A DNA stretch of 64,000 nt from Rickettsiales bacterium (GCA_041749475.1 JBGTBD010000067.1:6191-70190); one strand, 5' to 3'; counted from the first letter of the stretch, positions 1 through 9,534 are shown. Notes: a model not told the origin generated them from the sequence alone. Numbers and translations: made by a program.

Positions 1-959
1 ACCAGTGCCTTTCCTCGTTCTGTCATGGAATCACGCGCGGTGAGGTCGGCAAGAAATTGCGGTAGCGCATCTTGAATTTGAGTGGCTTGCCCCTGACCAT
101 GACCGAGATAATGAATATACCCATGCATCTGCAGTGCCTCACAGATAGCGCGTTGATTATCGGCGACGCTGATAACCAGTGAAGGGATGCCCACGGCGAA
201 GCGTTCCCATAGCATCGTGCCCCCCGCGCCGATGGCGACAGCGGCGGTCGCCATCACTGTCTCCGGGGCAGGGTGATTCACCCATAAACGCCATTGCGGA
301 TGCTGCGCACAATGCAGTGCGATTTCCGCTTGCTGAGGATGGTCTGATCCGATGACGATATCCGCTGCTACGCCGTCTGGTAACGCTTCCATGGCGGTCA
401 CTACTGCAGTGCTATCACCCCCCCCGAAACAAACGAACACGCGTGAATCATGGCCCTTCATTTCGCGTACGCGCCGCGCCTCGGCGATACCCGGTCGGAG
501 TAGAGCATACTGCGGGCCAAACAGGGTGCGGCATTCGGTTGGTAACTTGCCCTTATATCGCGCCTCTGGGTCATCGAAGAAATTCTGGTCGAGCAATAGA
601 TCACACGCGTGAGGCCGCGCAAGGTCGTCAATCACCATCACCAGTTTCGCATAAAGCCGGGCGGCCTGTTCTGCGTCACGCCCCACCGCGTAATGGTCGA
701 TCACCAGCCAGTCCGGAACCTGAGGCAATCCTGCCAACCGAGTAACAAGGGACTCTGCTTCCGTGAGGACGCATCCTACCGCAGGTGCATGTGCAAGCAC
801 ATATTGCCGCGTCACCGCATTACACAGGAATGTTACCTGTGCCCCACGCGCCTGCAATTGCAGCGCCAGCGTAACACAGCGGCTTACATGGCCCAGACCG
901 ATATGCGGACTTGATTCGGTGTAAAAGACAATATCTATTTGCCACCACCCTTGGTACAA
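1..959 (-). CDS. pseG: UDP-2,4-diacetamido-2,4,6-trideoxy-beta-L-altropyranose hydrolase (PseG); 3' end runs off the left edge
   Basis: Absent from the ORF track because its stop lies outside the window. Manual reverse-strand translation gives QIDIVFYTESSPHIGLGHVSRCVTLALQLQARGAQVTFLC ... RVFVCFGGGDSTAVVTAMEAL ... GAGGTMLWERFAVGIPSLVI, the GT28-like PseG pattern. The only canonical in-frame start after the upstream TAG is TTG at 959. The frame is open down to position 1. Confidence 0.8.
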   Translation of the reverse strand, partial: MYQGWWQIDIVFYTESSPHIGLGHVSRCVTLALQLQARGAQVTFLCNAVTRQYVLAHAPAVGCVLTEAESLVTRLAGLPQVPDWLVIDHYAVGRDAEQAARLYAKLVMVIDDLARPHACDLLLDQNFFDDPEARYKGKLPTECRTLFGPQYALLRPGIAEARRVREMKGHDSRVFVCFGGGDSTAVVTAMEALPDGVAADIVIGSDHPQQAEIALHCAQHPQWRLWVNHPAPETVMATAAVAIGAGGTMLWERFAVGIPSLVISVADNQRAICEALQMHGYIHYLGHGQGQATQIQDALPQFLADLTARDSMTERGKAL

Positions 960-985
960 TGCATCAGAACAATAAAGACAGTATA

Positions 986-2035
986 ATGCAGCCTATCGAT
1001 CTTGGAACCATTATTGTCGGACCCGGGAAGCCAACCTATCTGGTCGCCGAAATCGGCATTAACCATAATGGCGATATGGAGTTGGCGAAGAAGACTATCC
1101 TCGCCGCCAAACAGGTCGGCGCGAACGCGGTCAAATTCCAGAATTACAAGACAGAAGATTTCGTCCCCGTCCGCACTGTGCAATATACCTACCGCTCGCA
1201 AGGCAGAGAAATAACCGAATTCCAGTACGACCTATTCAAGCGCTGTGAACTCAGCGATGCACAAATTGCCCAATTGAAACAATTTTGCGATGCCAACGCC
1301 ATCGACTTCCACGCCACGCCCTCTAACTCGGAAGGAGTCAATCTGCTGCAGAATCTCGGCGTACGCATCGTCAAGAACGGGTCTGACTACTTGACCAACC
1401 TGCCGATGATTGAACATATGGGCAAAAGTGGCATGGTCACCGTCCTCTCCACCGGCATGGCAAGCCCGGAAGAAATAGAGGAGGCGGCACGCGTCTTCCG
1501 CGACACGGGCAATGATAAGTTAATTTTATTACATTGCACCTCACGTTATCCCACCCCGCCGGAGGATATCCACTTACGTAAAATCAAAACGCTGCGGGAG
1601 GCGTATGGTACGCTGGTCGGGTTCAGCGATCATTCGGAAGGTACATGGGCGGCGATGGGCGCGGTGACATACGGTGCGGTATGGATCGAAAAACATTTCA
1701 CCCTCGACAAATCCCTGCCCGGCCCGGATCACTGGTTTTCTTCCTCACCGGCAGAATTCGCTGAATTAGTCACCGGAGTCCGCTTCGTGGAAGCCGCGCT
1801 TGGCGACGATATGCTAGGCTTCACCCAACAGGAATCCCATGCGCGGGAACAATATCGTCTTTCATGCTGCGCCGTACAGGATCTGGACGCGGGACGTGTG
1901 CTGACTGCAAGTGATATCGCTTTCTTCCGCCCCGGCTACGGCTTTCCCCCTAAGGAAAAACAGCAATTGATTGGCAAAAAACTGACGAGACCGCTGGCGA
2001 AAGGGGCGGTGATTACCGCCGATGATCTTGCCTGA
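986..2035 (+). CDS. pseI: pseudaminic acid synthase (NeuB family)
   Basis: NeuB-family motifs (YLVAEIGINHNGDMELAKK, LLHCTSRYPTPPEDIHL) and a C-terminal SAF-like domain. Called PseI rather than NeuB/LegI because pseB, pseC, pseG and a pseH-like gene are adjacent. The track start (TTG 911) was trimmed to ATG 986; ATG 959 is also possible. Confidence 0.85.
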   Translation: MQPIDLGTIIVGPGKPTYLVAEIGINHNGDMELAKKTILAAKQVGANAVKFQNYKTEDFVPVRTVQYTYRSQGREITEFQYDLFKRCELSDAQIAQLKQFCDANAIDFHATPSNSEGVNLLQNLGVRIVKNGSDYLTNLPMIEHMGKSGMVTVLSTGMASPEEIEEAARVFRDTGNDKLILLHCTSRYPTPPEDIHLRKIKTLREAYGTLVGFSDHSEGTWAAMGAVTYGAVWIEKHFTLDKSLPGPDHWFSSSPAEFAELVTGVRFVEAALGDDMLGFTQQESHAREQYRLSCCAVQDLDAGRVLTASDIAFFRPGYGFPPKEKQQLIGKKLTRPLAKGAVITADDLA

Positions 2036-2477
2036 CGTGACCATACGCCCCGCAGCTGAAGCCGACCGTGATATACTCTATCACTGGCGCAGCGATCCGG
2101 CGAGTTTACAGACCGCAGGCAGCGGCATGTTTTCGTATGAAGAGCATTGTACCTGGTATGGGCAGCACCTGCAGTCCGCAACGTCGCATATGTTCATCAT
2201 CGAACAGCACGCCGAACCCGCCGGGTATATCCGGTACGACGAAACCTCGCCCAATATTTACACGGTCTCCATCTGCATCATGCCGCCCTATCAGGGAAAG
2301 CATATCGGCAGCGATGCCTTGACGCTGACGATAGCACAATTCGCCTCTCCAACAATCCTCCACGCCAGCGTGCGGAAGGACAATCCCCGGTCACTGGCAT
2401 TCTTTCGCAAACACGGATTCACCGTCGATAATACATGGCCCGATCCACTGCTAATGCGGATGCAAAAACAGCTATGA
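2022..2477 (+). CDS. pseH: GNAT-family N-acetyltransferase, PseH-like
   Basis: GNAT core (YQGKHIGSDALTLTI ... NPRSLAFFRKHGF). The ATG overlaps the pseI stop by 14 nt. Its position in the Pse operon fits the 4-amino-sugar N-acetyltransferase step. The symbol is assigned by context only. Confidence 0.6.
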   Translation: MILPDVTIRPAAEADRDILYHWRSDPASLQTAGSGMFSYEEHCTWYGQHLQSATSHMFIIEQHAEPAGYIRYDETSPNIYTVSICIMPPYQGKHIGSDALTLTIAQFASPTILHASVRKDNPRSLAFFRKHGFTVDNTWPDPLLMRMQKQL

Positions 2478-3166
2478 TGCTTTCCATCAACCAGCCCTGT
2501 TATCTTCCTTGGCTCGGGTATTTTGACCGTATCGCGCGCTCGGATCTCCATGTAGTGCTCGACCATGTACAGCTCGAACGCAGCCACGAGAGCTTCACCC
2601 GCCGCAACAAGATCATGACGCCGGAGGGCATACGCTGGTTGAAGGTTCCCGTTATCGGCAAAGAGATGCCGCCATACGATACCATCCCTCAAGTATTGAT
2701 TGATAATACTACCCCATGGCAGGATGAGCATTGGCGCCTGATACAACATGCATATCAAGCGGCGCCGGAATGGCACCGCCTTTCGCCCCAGATAGAACCG
2801 TTCTACCAGCGCCCAGTGACGCATCTGATTGACTTGCTGCACCCCTATACGGAATGGTTCATGCAAACGCTAGGCATCTCGACACCCTTGGAATTCAGCC
2901 GCCATTACGCATTCCAGAAGCCTAAAAGCGACCTGATACTGGAGATATGCCTGCATTTCGGCGCAAAAACCTATCTTTCCGGCCCGTTTGGCCGCGATTA
3001 TCTCGATGAAGGTGCATTTCGTGACCACGGCATCGATATCCGCTATCATGAGTTTCAACACCCGGCCTATGACAAGGTGGGCAAGACGTTCGAGTCGCAC
3101 CTTGCCTGCCTTGACCTGATGATGCACCACCGCAACGCATTGGAGATATTGACGCATGGCTCGTAA
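2474..3166 (+). CDS. WbqC-like family protein (function unknown)
   Basis: The N-terminal SINQPCYLPWLGYFDRI string is the hallmark I recognise for WbqC-like proteins of O-antigen and sugar clusters. ATGA start/stop overlap with the GNAT gene at 2474..2477. The track start 2435 was rejected. Confidence 0.7.
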   Translation: MMLSINQPCYLPWLGYFDRIARSDLHVVLDHVQLERSHESFTRRNKIMTPEGIRWLKVPVIGKEMPPYDTIPQVLIDNTTPWQDEHWRLIQHAYQAAPEWHRLSPQIEPFYQRPVTHLIDLLHPYTEWFMQTLGISTPLEFSRHYAFQKPKSDLILEICLHFGAKTYLSGPFGRDYLDEGAFRDHGIDIRYHEFQHPAYDKVGKTFESHLACLDLMMHHRNALEILTHGS

Positions 3167-3827
3167 CATCCTCGTAATCGCCGCCCATCCCGACGACGAA
3201 GCGCTCGGCTGCGGCGGCACATTGCTGCGTCACTGCGCCGAAGGGGATAATGTGTATTTAATGTTCCTTACGGACGGTATTTCCGCCCGCAGTAATATCG
3301 ATGCATCGAGCCGTAACATACGCCATGCGGGTCTGGAAAAAGCAAAATCTTACCTTACGCCTGCCACCATCCACTGCGAAAATTTCCCCGATAATGCGCT
3401 GGATTCCGTGCCTCTTTTAAACATAGTACAGGCCATCGAAAATATCGCAGCATCTTGTGCGCCGGATATCATCTACACCCATTGGCCGGAGGATTTGAAT
3501 ATCGACCACGCCATCGCCGCCCGCGCGACTCTGACCGCCTTCCGCCCTTTACCAAACAGTACGGTGACGCATATATACGGCTTCGAAGTGCCTTCCAGTA
3601 CGGAATGGACAGTTTCAGCACACGCTTTCACACCGAACCATTTCGTTGATGTCAGCAGCTACATGGAGGAGAAGGAACAGCTCCTGCGTTGCTACGCGGA
3701 TGAAATGCGCCCGGCTCCCCATGCTCGTTCCTATGAAACCCTCCACGCACGGGCAATCTGGCGCGGACATAGCGTAGGGCTGAAAGCGGCGGAAGCATTC
3801 GTCACGTTACGCACGCTCGTGCGCTGA
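3156..3827 (+). CDS. PIG-L / LmbE family N-acetyl-sugar deacetylase
   Basis: ILVIAAHPDDEALGCGGTLL is the zinc-binding AHPDDE motif of the PIG-L/LmbE family. Overlaps the WbqC-like stop by 11 nt. Confidence 0.8.
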   Translation: MARNILVIAAHPDDEALGCGGTLLRHCAEGDNVYLMFLTDGISARSNIDASSRNIRHAGLEKAKSYLTPATIHCENFPDNALDSVPLLNIVQAIENIAASCAPDIIYTHWPEDLNIDHAIAARATLTAFRPLPNSTVTHIYGFEVPSSTEWTVSAHAFTPNHFVDVSSYMEEKEQLLRCYADEMRPAPHARSYETLHARAIWRGHSVGLKAAEAFVTLRTLVR

Positions 3828-4499
3828 TCACACCTTACGCGCCACCACGTGCCAGCATGCCAGCACTTCTTGTGGTTCCTGACGCAGGTAACGCGTCTCG
3901 ACATGGTTCAATTCCTCGATCACCCACCCGCTCACAAAAAGCATTTCGATTTCTGAGGCGCTATAAAGCTGTATCTGGCCGATACCGGTAAGCGGCCCCG
4001 CTTCGGGAATCATCGTGCCGTCCGGCCCCATGGGCCCGCGTGAACTGCTGCGGTCGCTATAACTTTCGCTATAGAAGAATCCACCCGGTTTCAATGACCG
4101 ATGAATAGCCGCAATCGCCCGCGCCGCCGCTGATTTTCCGGCGCAACAAATAGCACCCCTATCCAGCGCAATATCGAAAGATTGATCCGCAAACGGTAGA
4201 TCCGTAAAATCACCGACGCGCAGATCCCCCTGCAAGCCTTCTTTCGCAAAGCGTTTCTTGGCATGATTGACCGCCGTCTCACTACCCTCGATCCCCGAAA
4301 CCACCGCCCCTTCACGCGCTGCGAACCAGAGATTATTTCCCCCACCGAATCCCACCTCCAGAAACGTCACCTGCGGCGAAGAGACACGGGAACGATACCG
4401 GTAGAAAAAACTGGCCACGGAAGAGAACGGGTATGTATTTAATTGCTTGCCATTGCTGTAAATATCTTCCCAAATAGGGTCGAAGCTGCGTGTCTGCAT
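3828..4499 (-). CDS. class I SAM-dependent methyltransferase
   Basis: Motif I LEVGFGGGNNL and a downstream acidic loop. Its stop codon abuts the stop of the PIG-L gene (3827/3828). Start taken at ATG 4499 (MQTRSFDPIWEDIY); ATG 4529 is possible. Confidence 0.7.
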   Translation of the reverse strand: MQTRSFDPIWEDIYSNGKQLNTYPFSSVASFFYRYRSRVSSPQVTFLEVGFGGGNNLWFAAREGAVVSGIEGSETAVNHAKKRFAKEGLQGDLRVGDFTDLPFADQSFDIALDRGAICCAGKSAAARAIAAIHRSLKPGGFFYSESYSDRSSSRGPMGPDGTMIPEAGPLTGIGQIQLYSASEIEMLFVSGWVIEELNHVETRYLRQEPQEVLACWHVVARKV

Positions 4500-4532
4500 G
4501 GGATCTCTCCGGTCAGGTTTAGGTATCACGGA

Positions 4533-5531
4533 ATGTTTAATGATAAAACCATTTTAATTACGGGCGGCACGGGGTCATTCGGCCAGCATTGCATCAAAAC
4601 CATCCTTGCGCGCTACAAACCACGCCGCCTGATCGTCTTCTCGCGTGACGAATATAAGCAATATACCATGCAACAGGAGTTCAACGCTCCTTGTATGCGC
4701 TATTTCTTGGGTGATGTGCGCGACGCGGAGCGATTGCGTATGGCGTTTTCCGGGGTGGATTTCGTGATTCATGCCGCCGCGCTGAAACAAGTGCCGGCTC
4801 TGGAATATAACCCCAGCGAAGCCATCAAGACCAATATCCTCGGCGCCGAGAACGTGATCGCGATGGCGCTGCATCATCGCGTCGAAAAAGTAGTGGCGCT
4901 CTCGACCGACAAAGCGGTCTCACCCCATAATCTCTACGGTGCGACGAAACTGGTCTCCGACAAATTGTTCATCGCCGCGAATAATATCCGTGGGGAATTG
5001 CCGACGCAGTTTTCCATCGTGCGCTATGGCAATGTGATAGGCTCACGCGGCTCCGTCATCCCCTATTTCAAGCAACGCATCGCCGAAGGCGCCGCCAGTT
5101 TGCCCATTACCGACCCCGCGATGACCCGCTTCGCCATCACCCTCCATCAGGGTGTAGAAATGGTGTTGAAGGCATTTACGCGGATGCAGGGGGGTGAAGT
5201 GTTCGTGCCGAAAATTCCCTCCGTCAATATCATGACGTTGGCGAAAGCGCTGGCTCCTGATATGGCGACGCATATCATCGGCATCCGTCCCGGAGAGAAA
5301 CTGCACGAAGTCATGTGCCCGGCAGAAGCCTCGCGCGAAACGCTGGAATTCGCTGATCATTACGTCATCACCCCCGCCTTCATGCTCAACCAGCCGCGTG
5401 CTTTTGATATCAACGCCTGCGGCGAAACGGGCAAGCCCGTACCGCAAGGGTTTGAATACCGGTCGGATACCAATACGGAATTCCTCTCCGCCCCCGCGCT
5501 TTCCACCCTCATCCAGCAGCACTGCCCCTGA
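4533..5531 (+). CDS. pseB: UDP-N-acetylglucosamine 4,6-dehydratase (inverting), PseB/FlaA1 type
   Basis: ILITGGTGSFG Rossmann motif, YGATKLVSDKLF catalytic YxxxK, and an extended-SDR CapD/FlaA1 layout. The track start 4443 overlaps the divergent methyltransferase, so it was trimmed to ATG 4533. Confidence 0.85.
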   Translation: MFNDKTILITGGTGSFGQHCIKTILARYKPRRLIVFSRDEYKQYTMQQEFNAPCMRYFLGDVRDAERLRMAFSGVDFVIHAAALKQVPALEYNPSEAIKTNILGAENVIAMALHHRVEKVVALSTDKAVSPHNLYGATKLVSDKLFIAANNIRGELPTQFSIVRYGNVIGSRGSVIPYFKQRIAEGAASLPITDPAMTRFAITLHQGVEMVLKAFTRMQGGEVFVPKIPSVNIMTLAKALAPDMATHIIGIRPGEKLHEVMCPAEASRETLEFADHYVITPAFMLNQPRAFDINACGETGKPVPQGFEYRSDTNTEFLSAPALSTLIQQHCP

Positions 5532-5532
5532 T

Positions 5533-6681
5533 ATGACGTACATCCCGTATAGCACACAGGAAATCGATGAAAGCGACATCGATGCCGTTGTGCAGGTGAT
5601 GCGCTCAGGCTTCCTGACGCAGGGGCCGACGGTAGAGATATTCGAGGAAGCACTAAAGGCTTATTGCGGTGCTAAGCACGCGGTAGCGGTGGCGAGCGGT
5701 ACGGCTGGCCTGCATCTTGCCTGCCTCGCCTTGGATATCCTCCCCGGTGATACTGTCTGGACGTCACCCCTCAGCTTCGTCGCCTCCGCGAATTGCGCGC
5801 ATTATGTCGGCGCGCATATCGATTTCGTCGATTGCGACCCGGTGACGGGCAATATGGATATCGATAAACTGGAGGAAAAACTCCGCCAAGCCGCAGAAAA
5901 CGATACGCTACCGAAATTACTGATCGTTGTCTATCTGTCAGGCCGCGTCTGCGATATGAAACGCATCGCTGAACTTGTGCGGCCCTACGACATACGCATC
6001 GTCGAGGATGCTGCCCATGCGCTGGGCGCGGTTTACGCAGGACGCCCTGTCGGCGCATGTGCTTATAGTGATATGACGTTATTCAGTTTCCACCCCGTCA
6101 AATCCATCACCACCGGAGAGGGTGGAGCGTTGGTGACCAACGACGCTGGATTGGCCGAAAAACTCCGCCTATTGCGCAGCCACGGCGTCACCCGCGACCC
6201 GCGGCGGATGGAAGTGAGTGGGCAGCCTGCATGGGTCTATGAGATGCAAGAGTTGGGCTACCATTACCGCATGACTGATATCGCCGCCGCCCTCGGTACA
6301 AGCCAGATGCGCCGCCTCGATGATTTCATCTCCCGCCGCCGCGCCGTTGCCGCACGATACCATACGTTGCTATCCGGCGCGCCACTTGCCTTGCCGCTGC
6401 CGGATGATTCCAGTGCGTGGCATCTCTATATCATCCAAGTCGCTCCCGAGAAGCGCGAGGCCATCTTCACCGGAATGCGCGCGAAAGATATCGGCGTCAA
6501 TGTGCATTACATTCCTATTCACCTGCAGCCTTTCTACCAACGTCAAGGCTTTAAAGAAGGCGATTTCCCTGATGCAGAGCGATTCTATGGCGGAGCCATC
6601 AGCCTCCCCATCTTCCCCGGCCTGAGCGCGACAGCGCAGGATATGGTGGTAGCGACATTGCAGCAATTACTAGCGGGGTGA
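5533..6681 (+). CDS. pseC: UDP-4-amino-4,6-dideoxy-N-acetyl-beta-L-altrosamine transaminase (DegT/DnrJ/EryC1 family)
   Basis: DegT-family pattern with the PLP-lysine context SFHPVKSITTGEGG. ATG 5533 lies 1 nt after the pseB stop. The track start 5398 lies inside pseB. Confidence 0.85.
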   Translation: MTYIPYSTQEIDESDIDAVVQVMRSGFLTQGPTVEIFEEALKAYCGAKHAVAVASGTAGLHLACLALDILPGDTVWTSPLSFVASANCAHYVGAHIDFVDCDPVTGNMDIDKLEEKLRQAAENDTLPKLLIVVYLSGRVCDMKRIAELVRPYDIRIVEDAAHALGAVYAGRPVGACAYSDMTLFSFHPVKSITTGEGGALVTNDAGLAEKLRLLRSHGVTRDPRRMEVSGQPAWVYEMQELGYHYRMTDIAAALGTSQMRRLDDFISRRRAVAARYHTLLSGAPLALPLPDDSSAWHLYIIQVAPEKREAIFTGMRAKDIGVNVHYIPIHLQPFYQRQGFKEGDFPDAERFYGGAISLPIFPGLSATAQDMVVATLQQLLAG

Positions 6682-6691
6682 GGTACGTCGC

Positions 6692-7954
6692 ATGGCGAAA
6701 CTGAAACAACTCTATCATCATACGTTGTTCTACACCTTCGCCAATATGATCGAAGCGTTAGCGCCATTGATCCTGATTCCATACCTGACCCGTACACTCA
6801 CCGTCTATGATTACGGGTTATGGACAGTCTTCCAAAGCTGTGTCGCCGTACTCGTGCCATTGATCGGTCTGGGGTACAAGGACGCGATCCGCATGTATTA
6901 CCTCCATCTCACGCAAAAGGAATTCGGTGGGCTATTGACCAGTGCCACCGTGATCATCCTGTCGTTAACGGTATGTGCTGTCGTAATGGTCTGGGTCTCG
7001 CATGACGCGCTGGAGCAATGGCTTCACCTACCCAGTGCCGGGCTGCTTGCCATGATTGGCGCGGCAGCCTTCTATAGTTTTTTCTATATGGCGATGGCTA
7101 CCTGCCAGTTCGCACATGAACGTCGCGTATTCATCATTGTGCAAAGCGTTCAGACGGGTGTTTCGCTTCTAAGTACAGTGGCCTTCATCTATTCCGGGTT
7201 CGGGTGGGAGGGGTGTGTATACGGTAAATTGATCGGCCTTGCGGCGGCCTGTGTGGTATCCGCCTTCTTCCTTGCCACGCGCTTTCACTGGTGTAGACCG
7301 TTGGCGATATCCTATGCTTATATTCGCACACTGGCCGTATTCGGCGCACAATATCTACCGTACGGATTATTATTCGTTGTCGTGCCGCTGACCAACCGCC
7401 TACTGATTGCGCATATGAGCGATATGGAAAGCGTTGGCCTCTATGCGCTGGGGGAATCCTTCTCGATGGCGCTGAATTTGGTCATTGTCGGGTTCATGTT
7501 TGCATGGCAACCATGGTTATTCCGAAAACTCGCAGGGCATGATGCTGACGGGATGCACAGCGTGCGGCTTTCCTGCACCCTGTTCGTTGTGGGATTGCCA
7601 TTGAGCGGTGTAGTGTTGACGGGGATGAGCTATATCGCCGCACCGATCCTTCTCGGCCCGAATTTTCAGGGAGCCACTGCCTATGTATTTGCGATGATGA
7701 TGGCCGCTGCCGCATCGGGATATGTTCTGCTGGCGCATAGTTTCCTGCATTACCACCGCCGTGTGGGTGTCATGTCATTATGCGCCTTGCTGGCGATGGT
7801 CTCAAATGGAGTGGTCAGCATGTGGCTCATCGCAGAGATGGGCCCGGTCGGCGCGGGGTGGGGTGCGGCGATATGCTATATGGGAGCCGCGCTTCTGGCT
7901 GCTATATGTGCACGTAACACCCGCTCCCGCGTGGCAATAGGCAGCGCCTCCTAA
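6692..7954 (+). CDS. polysaccharide/oligosaccharide flippase (Wzx-like, MOP superfamily)
   Basis: 420 aa, almost entirely hydrophobic, with about 12 predicted helices. RBS-like ggggtgagg lies upstream. Sits directly after pseC. Confidence 0.6.
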   Translation: MAKLKQLYHHTLFYTFANMIEALAPLILIPYLTRTLTVYDYGLWTVFQSCVAVLVPLIGLGYKDAIRMYYLHLTQKEFGGLLTSATVIILSLTVCAVVMVWVSHDALEQWLHLPSAGLLAMIGAAAFYSFFYMAMATCQFAHERRVFIIVQSVQTGVSLLSTVAFIYSGFGWEGCVYGKLIGLAAACVVSAFFLATRFHWCRPLAISYAYIRTLAVFGAQYLPYGLLFVVVPLTNRLLIAHMSDMESVGLYALGESFSMALNLVIVGFMFAWQPWLFRKLAGHDADGMHSVRLSCTLFVVGLPLSGVVLTGMSYIAAPILLGPNFQGATAYVFAMMMAAAASGYVLLAHSFLHYHRRVGVMSLCALLAMVSNGVVSMWLIAEMGPVGAGWGAAICYMGAALLAAICARNTRSRVAIGSAS

Positions 7955-9534
7955 CGAAAGGGCTCTTCATCTTTCGGTTCACACAGCGAAGGGGAGGAAT
8001 CCACGCGCTTATAATAACTGAACGTCACTTCCGTGGTGGACAGATCGGGATGATTGACCGGGACGATTCTCTCTTCCCGACGATAGAGCTGATGGAACAT
8101 AGGGTCTTCAGCCATTTCCCTTTCGGAAAGATATGCGGACGTACCAATCATGTTATCCGAAATCCCATCCCCCACAATGATATAATCCGGCTTACGCGAG
8201 AGGACATATGGCCCGTCGCCTTTTTCATGGCCAGGCGTCATATATCCCTTGGCCGGGGGAATTGTGCGGTGAGCAATCGTGCGATCATTCAGTCCTAGCA
8301 TATCCAGATAGCGCATCTCAGGCGCCGTATGGGGAATGATGCCGGCCATGTTGATGGCGACCAGCGAATCTTTCGGCCAGCATTGATGGATGTGTTCGCC
8401 GATGGCATAGAAAAAAAGCACGAATTTGGGATAGGGAACAGCGTTCAACCGCAACAAAGGCAGGGCAAAGAAGATGAGCGCCACCCATAATGACCATCGG
8501 TAATGCGGCCATGCGGTGATGGCGGATTCATGGCTTATGACCGCACGCATCATCAACAGCAAGCATAGCGGAATCACCGGCACAAGGAAACGTTGCTCCG
8601 GCATCCAGTCCCCTCCCGTGCGTACCACATAGAGAAGATAGGCCGATACCATGAGCAGCAGCATCGCCTGTCCGTGCCGCAGGGCGCGCCTATGCCATCC
8701 CAGAAGACATCCCACCCCCCCCATGATTCCCCAAAACGGAGGTTTGAAGAAGAAACTCGATACATATTCAAGCCCGGCAGAAAGCCGCGCCGCGCTCATC
8801 TCCATCCCTAGTTTCGCGTAATAGGTATTGGGCAGCCATTCTTCATAATAATGGTAACGCCAGAGCAGATGGGCGCTTGCGATGGCGACGAAAATCACCA
8901 GCGCTGTAAGGTGTTTTCTGCGGTGTCGCTGCAACCCGAGGAAGCCAAATGCAATGCCTGCGAAAAGATATGCCTCAGGCCGGGTAAGCACTGCCAGACC
9001 GAACCACAACCCCGGCCATAAGGAAGGGGCCGTTCGTGCCTCACCCGCTCGCAGCGTGGTAATGACCCCTGCCGTCAACAGGCAGGCGAACAGTACGGTT
9101 TCCATCCCGCTTTGCGCCCAGTATAGCAGTGGGATGCTGAGGATGATGGCAATGAACGTGACGGCAGGAAAAAACCTCTTCCCTGCTGGTGTCCCCGCTT
9201 CTTTTCGTGCGTAGAGAACGAGGATGAGGGAAAGCGTCAAAAGCGACGTAACTCCAATGCCGCGTGCGGTCGACAGAAGCGGTATCGACAGCCATTCCCC
9301 CAACGCGAGTAACATCACCATTAGGAAACTGGTATATCCCTCCACCCGCTCCCCGATATTCCACACGATCCCGTAACCCTGCACCACATGCATCGCATAT
9401 CGAAACGGGATGAACGTGTCGTCCTCAAGGAAATAACGCAAACTCCACAGCATATAGCCCGCTGAAAGCAGGGCCAGCACCCACGCGCCGTGCCTGAATA
9501 GGGACTGCCGTGTGTGTTCTCGGGATATCATCAC
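7951..9534 (-). CDS. polytopic membrane protein, GT-C-like glycosyltransferase candidate
   Basis: 527 aa with many TM helices. Has an early acidic loop motif EDDTFIPFRYAMHVVQGYGIVWN and a soluble C-terminal domain of about 150 aa. The family call is tentative. Confidence 0.4.
   Translation of the reverse strand: MMISREHTRQSLFRHGAWVLALLSAGYMLWSLRYFLEDDTFIPFRYAMHVVQGYGIVWNIGERVEGYTSFLMVMLLALGEWLSIPLLSTARGIGVTSLLTLSLILVLYARKEAGTPAGKRFFPAVTFIAIILSIPLLYWAQSGMETVLFACLLTAGVITTLRAGEARTAPSLWPGLWFGLAVLTRPEAYLFAGIAFGFLGLQRHRRKHLTALVIFVAIASAHLLWRYHYYEEWLPNTYYAKLGMEMSAARLSAGLEYVSSFFFKPPFWGIMGGVGCLLGWHRRALRHGQAMLLLMVSAYLLYVVRTGGDWMPEQRFLVPVIPLCLLLMMRAVISHESAITAWPHYRWSLWVALIFFALPLLRLNAVPYPKFVLFFYAIGEHIHQCWPKDSLVAINMAGIIPHTAPEMRYLDMLGLNDRTIAHRTIPPAKGYMTPGHEKGDGPYVLSRKPDYIIVGDGISDNMIGTSAYLSEREMAEDPMFHQLYRREERIVPVNHPDLSTTEVTFSYYKRVDSSPSLCEPKDEEPFR

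Noticed and set aside
418-425. A poly-C(8) tract inside pseG, as a possible phase-variation switch like the homopolymers in Campylobacter flagellar glycosylation loci.
   Set aside because: The tract is in frame (it encodes the GGG of FGGGD). An equally long G(8) run occurs in the RND pump gene (40732..40739). No length variation can be assessed from one sequence, so there is no support for phase variation.
352-914. Three overlapping plus-strand ORFs from the track (352..612, 443..745, 609..914).
   Set aside because: Their products are Pro/Arg/Ser-rich nonsense. The minus strand across the same region translates without stops into a clear PseG sequence that runs off the window edge, which is why the track missed it.
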